Positions 61,270 through 64,000 of a DNA stretch of 64,000 nucleotides are shown here, piece by piece. The notes under the pieces were generated by a model. It searched no databases and was not told the DNA's origin. It worked only from the letters and a program-made list of their open reading frames with translations. Position numbers and translations under genes: made by a program. Position 1 is the first letter of the stretch. The number at the start of each line of letters is the position of its first letter. Source of the stretch: Limisphaerales bacterium (GTDB lineage Bacteria; Verrucomicrobiota; Verrucomicrobiia; Limisphaerales; UBA11358); NCBI GenBank assembly GCA_037200545.1, contig JBBCGE010000003.1, positions 6,750 through 70,749 of the forward strand, written 5' to 3'.

Positions 61270-62369
61270 AAGCCAAAACCCCGTTTATATTCCGCTTCAT
61301 TGGTCACACCCTGGTTCACCAGCGAACGTGCGGACGTCTCAAGTGTCTGCAAGGGTGTTATCGCCGATAATTCGCGCCGCCGGATTTGTTCGCGCAAGGA
61401 TTCGTTCACTTGCAGCCATTCGACCAGCGGCAGACGGCCTTGATAACCTGTATGCAGGCAAGTTTCGCAGCCAGCACCCTCGCACGGGCGACAAACCTTG
61501 CGTACGAGACGCTGGTTCAAAACGAGTTGAACTGCGCTGGCGACGGCTGAATGGTCGGTGCACATGGCAAGCAGGCGTTCGAAAACGCCCCGACACGAGC
61601 CGGCATGCAACGTGGAGATTACAAGATGGCCGGTCAGTCCGGCGCGGACCGCCAGCTGGGCGGTGGCTTCATCACGGATTTCGCCAAGAATGAGAATTTG
61701 CGGGTCTTGTCGTAGCAGATGCCGGGCGGCACGGGCAAAATCGAGTCCGATGGCTTCATTGATTTCGGTTTGCATGGTGCCGGGAACGATCTGTTCAACC
61801 GGGTCTTCGACAGTGATGATGTGGCGTCCACCAAGTTCAGCCAGATGACGCAAACAGGCATAAATCGTCGTGGTCTTGCCGCTGCCAGCCGGGCCGGTCA
61901 GTAAAAGCAGGCCGCTCGTCTGGCGTAAAAAAGTTTCGAGTTGCGCACGAGCGTTTTCGGGAAATTCAATTTCATCCAGCGTTTTGACCACGGTGGAGTT
62001 GAACAGCCGCAGGACGATTTTTTCGCCGGTCACAGTTGGGTAAGTCGAGACACGGATGTCGTTTCGCCCTTTGAGTTCTTCATGGTCAATACGGCCGTCC
62101 TGTGGCAATGATTCCTGATACGTTTTCAGGCGTGCCAGGAATTTGATACGGCCAAAAACGCGCTCGGCGATTTCAGCAGGCAGTTCGCGTCCTGGCGTGA
62201 TGATGCCGTCCAGCCGAAAACCAATCTCGGCTGATTTTCCGCGCATCTGCAAATGGATGTCGCTGGCACCAGCGCGCTCGGCCATGTGGATGAGATTTTC
62301 CAGGACCTGCGGCGCCGAGGCTTCGGAATCATTTCTGTTTTCGACCGTTGTTATTTTTTCTTGCGGCAT
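61266..62369 (-). CDS. gspE: GspE/PilB-family type II/IV secretion ATPase (short form)
   Basis: Walker A is LLLTGPAGSGKTTT. The Asp box and Walker B are QDPQILILGEIRD, and the His box is GHLVISTLHA. A tetracysteine cluster reads CRPCEGAGCETC. There is no long N1/N2 extension. Confidence 0.9.
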   Translation of the reverse strand: MPQEKITTVENRNDSEASAPQVLENLIHMAERAGASDIHLQMRGKSAEIGFRLDGIITPGRELPAEIAERVFGRIKFLARLKTYQESLPQDGRIDHEELKGRNDIRVSTYPTVTGEKIVLRLFNSTVVKTLDEIEFPENARAQLETFLRQTSGLLLLTGPAGSGKTTTIYACLRHLAELGGRHIITVEDPVEQIVPGTMQTEINEAIGLDFARAARHLLRQDPQILILGEIRDEATAQLAVRAGLTGHLVISTLHAGSCRGVFERLLAMCTDHSAVASAVQLVLNQRLVRKVCRPCEGAGCETCLHTGYQGRLPLVEWLQVNESLREQIRRRELSAITPLQTLETSARSLVNQGVTNEAEYKRGFGL

Positions 62370-62373
62370 GGGT

Positions 62374-62724
62374 CTATTCCTTTTCGGCGATCAAGTGATG
62401 CATCCCGTGTTCGTCCTGCATGAAGACATGCAGCTTGGTTTCAAACTGTGCGAATTGGTTGCGGAAATGTTTTTCGTTTTTTGAGAGGGCAACGGCCGCG
62501 ATTTTGAGCGGCTTGAACTGGGCGCACCAGATTCCCAAAATCAAGACCAACGCAAAACCGCCGGCCCAGGCAAGACGGGGCAGCCAGAAGCTATTGGGCG
62601 CTGGTCGCATGGCGGCGCGGTGCAGGTTCAAGCGCACCTGCGCTGGGAAATTCTCCCAATAATCCTCGGGACGTTCGGGCAGGGGAACGTCTTTTAGTTT
62701 TGATTCGAGATCAAAGTCATTCAT
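62374..62724 (-). CDS. single-pass membrane protein, putative anti-sigma factor
   Basis: The ATG at 62724 follows GGAGG and overlaps the sigma stop by 8 nt. It has one TM helix (LAWAGGFALVLILGIW). The function is inferred from position only. Confidence 0.45.
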   Translation of the reverse strand: MNDFDLESKLKDVPLPERPEDYWENFPAQVRLNLHRAAMRPAPNSFWLPRLAWAGGFALVLILGIWCAQFKPLKIAAVALSKNEKHFRNQFAQFETKLHVFMQDEHGMHHLIAEKE

Positions 62725-63271
62725 GCGCACCTCCAATAGTGGTAAGCCAGCCTTTTAATTTCCTCCGCGCGGCGAATACGCGCCAGGAAACGGTGGTTTC
62801 CGAACAACCCAAAATCTTTGCGGCCTCGGCGTGATTCAGACCATCATAAATTGTCAGTACGATTGCAGCGCGTTGTTTGGCAGGCAATTTTAGCAATGCG
62901 GACTGGACCTGTTCACACGCCCCGTTTTTTGCGGCAGCGTTCGTCTCATTGTTTTGCCGGCTGCAAAATTCATCGGCACATTCGGTTTGAAAGTGATATC
63001 GACGGGCCTCGCTTTGCTTCCAGTTCAAGCAGGTATTGATGGCGATGCGATAGAGCCAGGTGGAAAATTTCGCCGTGCTTCGGAACGAGCCGATCTGGTC
63101 GTAGGCGCGGATGAACGTCTCTTGTGCGAGATCCTCGGCGTCCGCCAAAGAACCGGTCATCCGAAATGTCAGCGAGTGAATCATGCATTGATGGTTGCGA
63201 ACCAGCGATTCAAAAGCCGTCGGGCTGCCATTTTGAGTTTGCAACACCAGTTCTGAGTCGGCGTCGGCCAT
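62717..63271 (-). CDS. ECF-type RNA polymerase sigma-70 family factor
   Basis: Region 2 reads FESLVRNHQCMIHSLTFRMTGSLADAEDLAQETFIRAY...FSTWLYRIAINTCLN. Region 4 reads LPAKQRAAIVLTIYDGLNHAEAAKILGCSETTVSWRVFAARRKL. The start is either 63271 or 63397. Confidence 0.85.
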   Translation of the reverse strand: MADADSELVLQTQNGSPTAFESLVRNHQCMIHSLTFRMTGSLADAEDLAQETFIRAYDQIGSFRSTAKFSTWLYRIAINTCLNWKQSEARRYHFQTECADEFCSRQNNETNAAAKNGACEQVQSALLKLPAKQRAAIVLTIYDGLNHAEAAKILGCSETTVSWRVFAARRKLKGWLTTIGGAHE

Positions 63272-63514
63272 GCGGCTTTCTTTTACTAACTTCGACAAAC
63301 GCGGAGACGAAATCCTTTGAATTATTTTTAGAGCATCATCTGGCGGGCCAGCCATGACCCGGCCGAGCGCTGAAACGGATGACATCTGCGAAGTCATGGG
63401 GAGGGAAATTCACCGGGCAGATGGCTGTTGTGCCGGTTCGTGCGACCTGATTGAAGGATGTCGGGCATGTCGCGGTAAAGCGACTCTACTCCTGCGAAAA
63501 CCGATTGCAAACCT

Positions 63515-63534
63515 TATCCGGCAGAAACCGGATA
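63515..63534 (-). terminator. weak hairpin after grpE
   Basis: The 7-bp stem is tatccgg/ccggata with a 6-nt loop. The downstream U-tract is poor. Confidence 0.3.
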
Positions 63535-63543
63535 ACAACGGAT

Positions 63544-64000
63544 TCAGCCGCCGGCTTTTTTGGCGACGATCACGGCGGAGGGGCGCAGCAGGCGCTCGCG
63601 GAATTTGTAGCCTTTGCGGATTTGCTGGAGCACCTGGCCTTCGGGCACCGTGTCGCTTTCTTGTTGCGAGACGGCTTCGTGAAAAGTCGGGTCAAATGGC
63701 TTGCCGCTGGCGTCCAATTCTTCCAAGCCGCTTTCGGCCAGCGCGCTCTTAAGCTGCTGCTGGATCATGGCAATCCCGGTTTGCAGGGAGGCGAGCTTGT
63801 CGCCCTGTGCACCTTGAGCGGCGGTCTGGGCCATTTCAAAATTATCGAGGATGGGTAGTAGTTTTTGGAGCAGGGAGGCGTTGGCAAATTGCGCGGCCTC
63901 GGTCTTTTCACGCGCGGCGCGCTTCTTGAAATTTTCAAAATCGGCGGTGACGCGCAGCAGGCGTTCCCAGTTTTCATCAGCCTTGGCGGCGCGGGACTGA
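63544..64000 (-). CDS. grpE: nucleotide exchange factor GrpE, C-terminal part (5' end outside window)
   Basis: The frame is open from 64000 down to the stop at 63544: ..ENWERLLRVTADFENFKKRAAREKTEAAQFANASLLQKLLPILDNFEMA...FDPTFHEAVSQQES...VLQQIRKGYKFRERLLRPSAVIVAKK. Confidence 0.9.
   Translation of the reverse strand, partial: QSRAAKADENWERLLRVTADFENFKKRAAREKTEAAQFANASLLQKLLPILDNFEMAQTAAQGAQGDKLASLQTGIAMIQQQLKSALAESGLEELDASGKPFDPTFHEAVSQQESDTVPEGQVLQQIRKGYKFRERLLRPSAVIVAKKAGG

Overview
The window is a 64-kb chromosomal fragment. Its gene content fits a Verrucomicrobiota-like genome, but that is an inference from content, not a search result. The supporting content is a DUF1559-like prepilin and giant secreted LamG, HAF, BNR and BspA-LRR proteins ending in W...FYRL-type tails. 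I found no rRNA, tRNA, CRISPR array, transposase or integrase. Left to right the window contains: (1) a translationally coupled minus-strand lipid or secondary-metabolite cluster running acyl-AMP ligase, ACP, condensation-like enzyme, FAD oxidoreductase, PaaK-like ligase, GT2-DUF2062 and a membrane protein, preceded by def and parB; (2) a ~5.9-kb insert bracketed by two copies of the parB 5' end, carrying a membrane-anchored Mrr-type nuclease and a 1,495-aa BspA-type LRR protein; (3) two tandem BNR-propeller paralogs, then DUF309 and an epimerase; (4) a ~3,950-aa exoprotein gene with cadherin-like, PKD, IgGFc-binding-like, FN3, M36 fungalysin, HAF-repeat and DUF900-like lipase domains; (5) a 5'-truncated Rhs tip with a small HExxH toxin domain and a lipoprotein immunity candidate; (6) M42, M48 and M16 peptidases, a 1,314-aa LamG protein and a prepilin-type protein; (7) housekeeping genes purA, uppS, lnt, galK, an SSS transporter and grpE; (8) a compact operon of ECF sigma, anti-sigma, GspE, two GspF and divergent pseudopilins. 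By my count about 28 frame breaks split otherwise recognisable genes. Each of the ten junctions I pinned to coordinates lies in a mononucleotide run of 2 to 8 nt; two others have no obvious run. I therefore read most of them as consensus errors rather than pseudogenes. Best candidates for follow-up are the parB-flanked insert, the shared C-terminal W...FYRL tail, the giant protease/lipase protein with the adjacent orphan Rhs toxin/immunity pair, a 21-bp phased repeat array, and the sigma-linked type IV filament-like operon.
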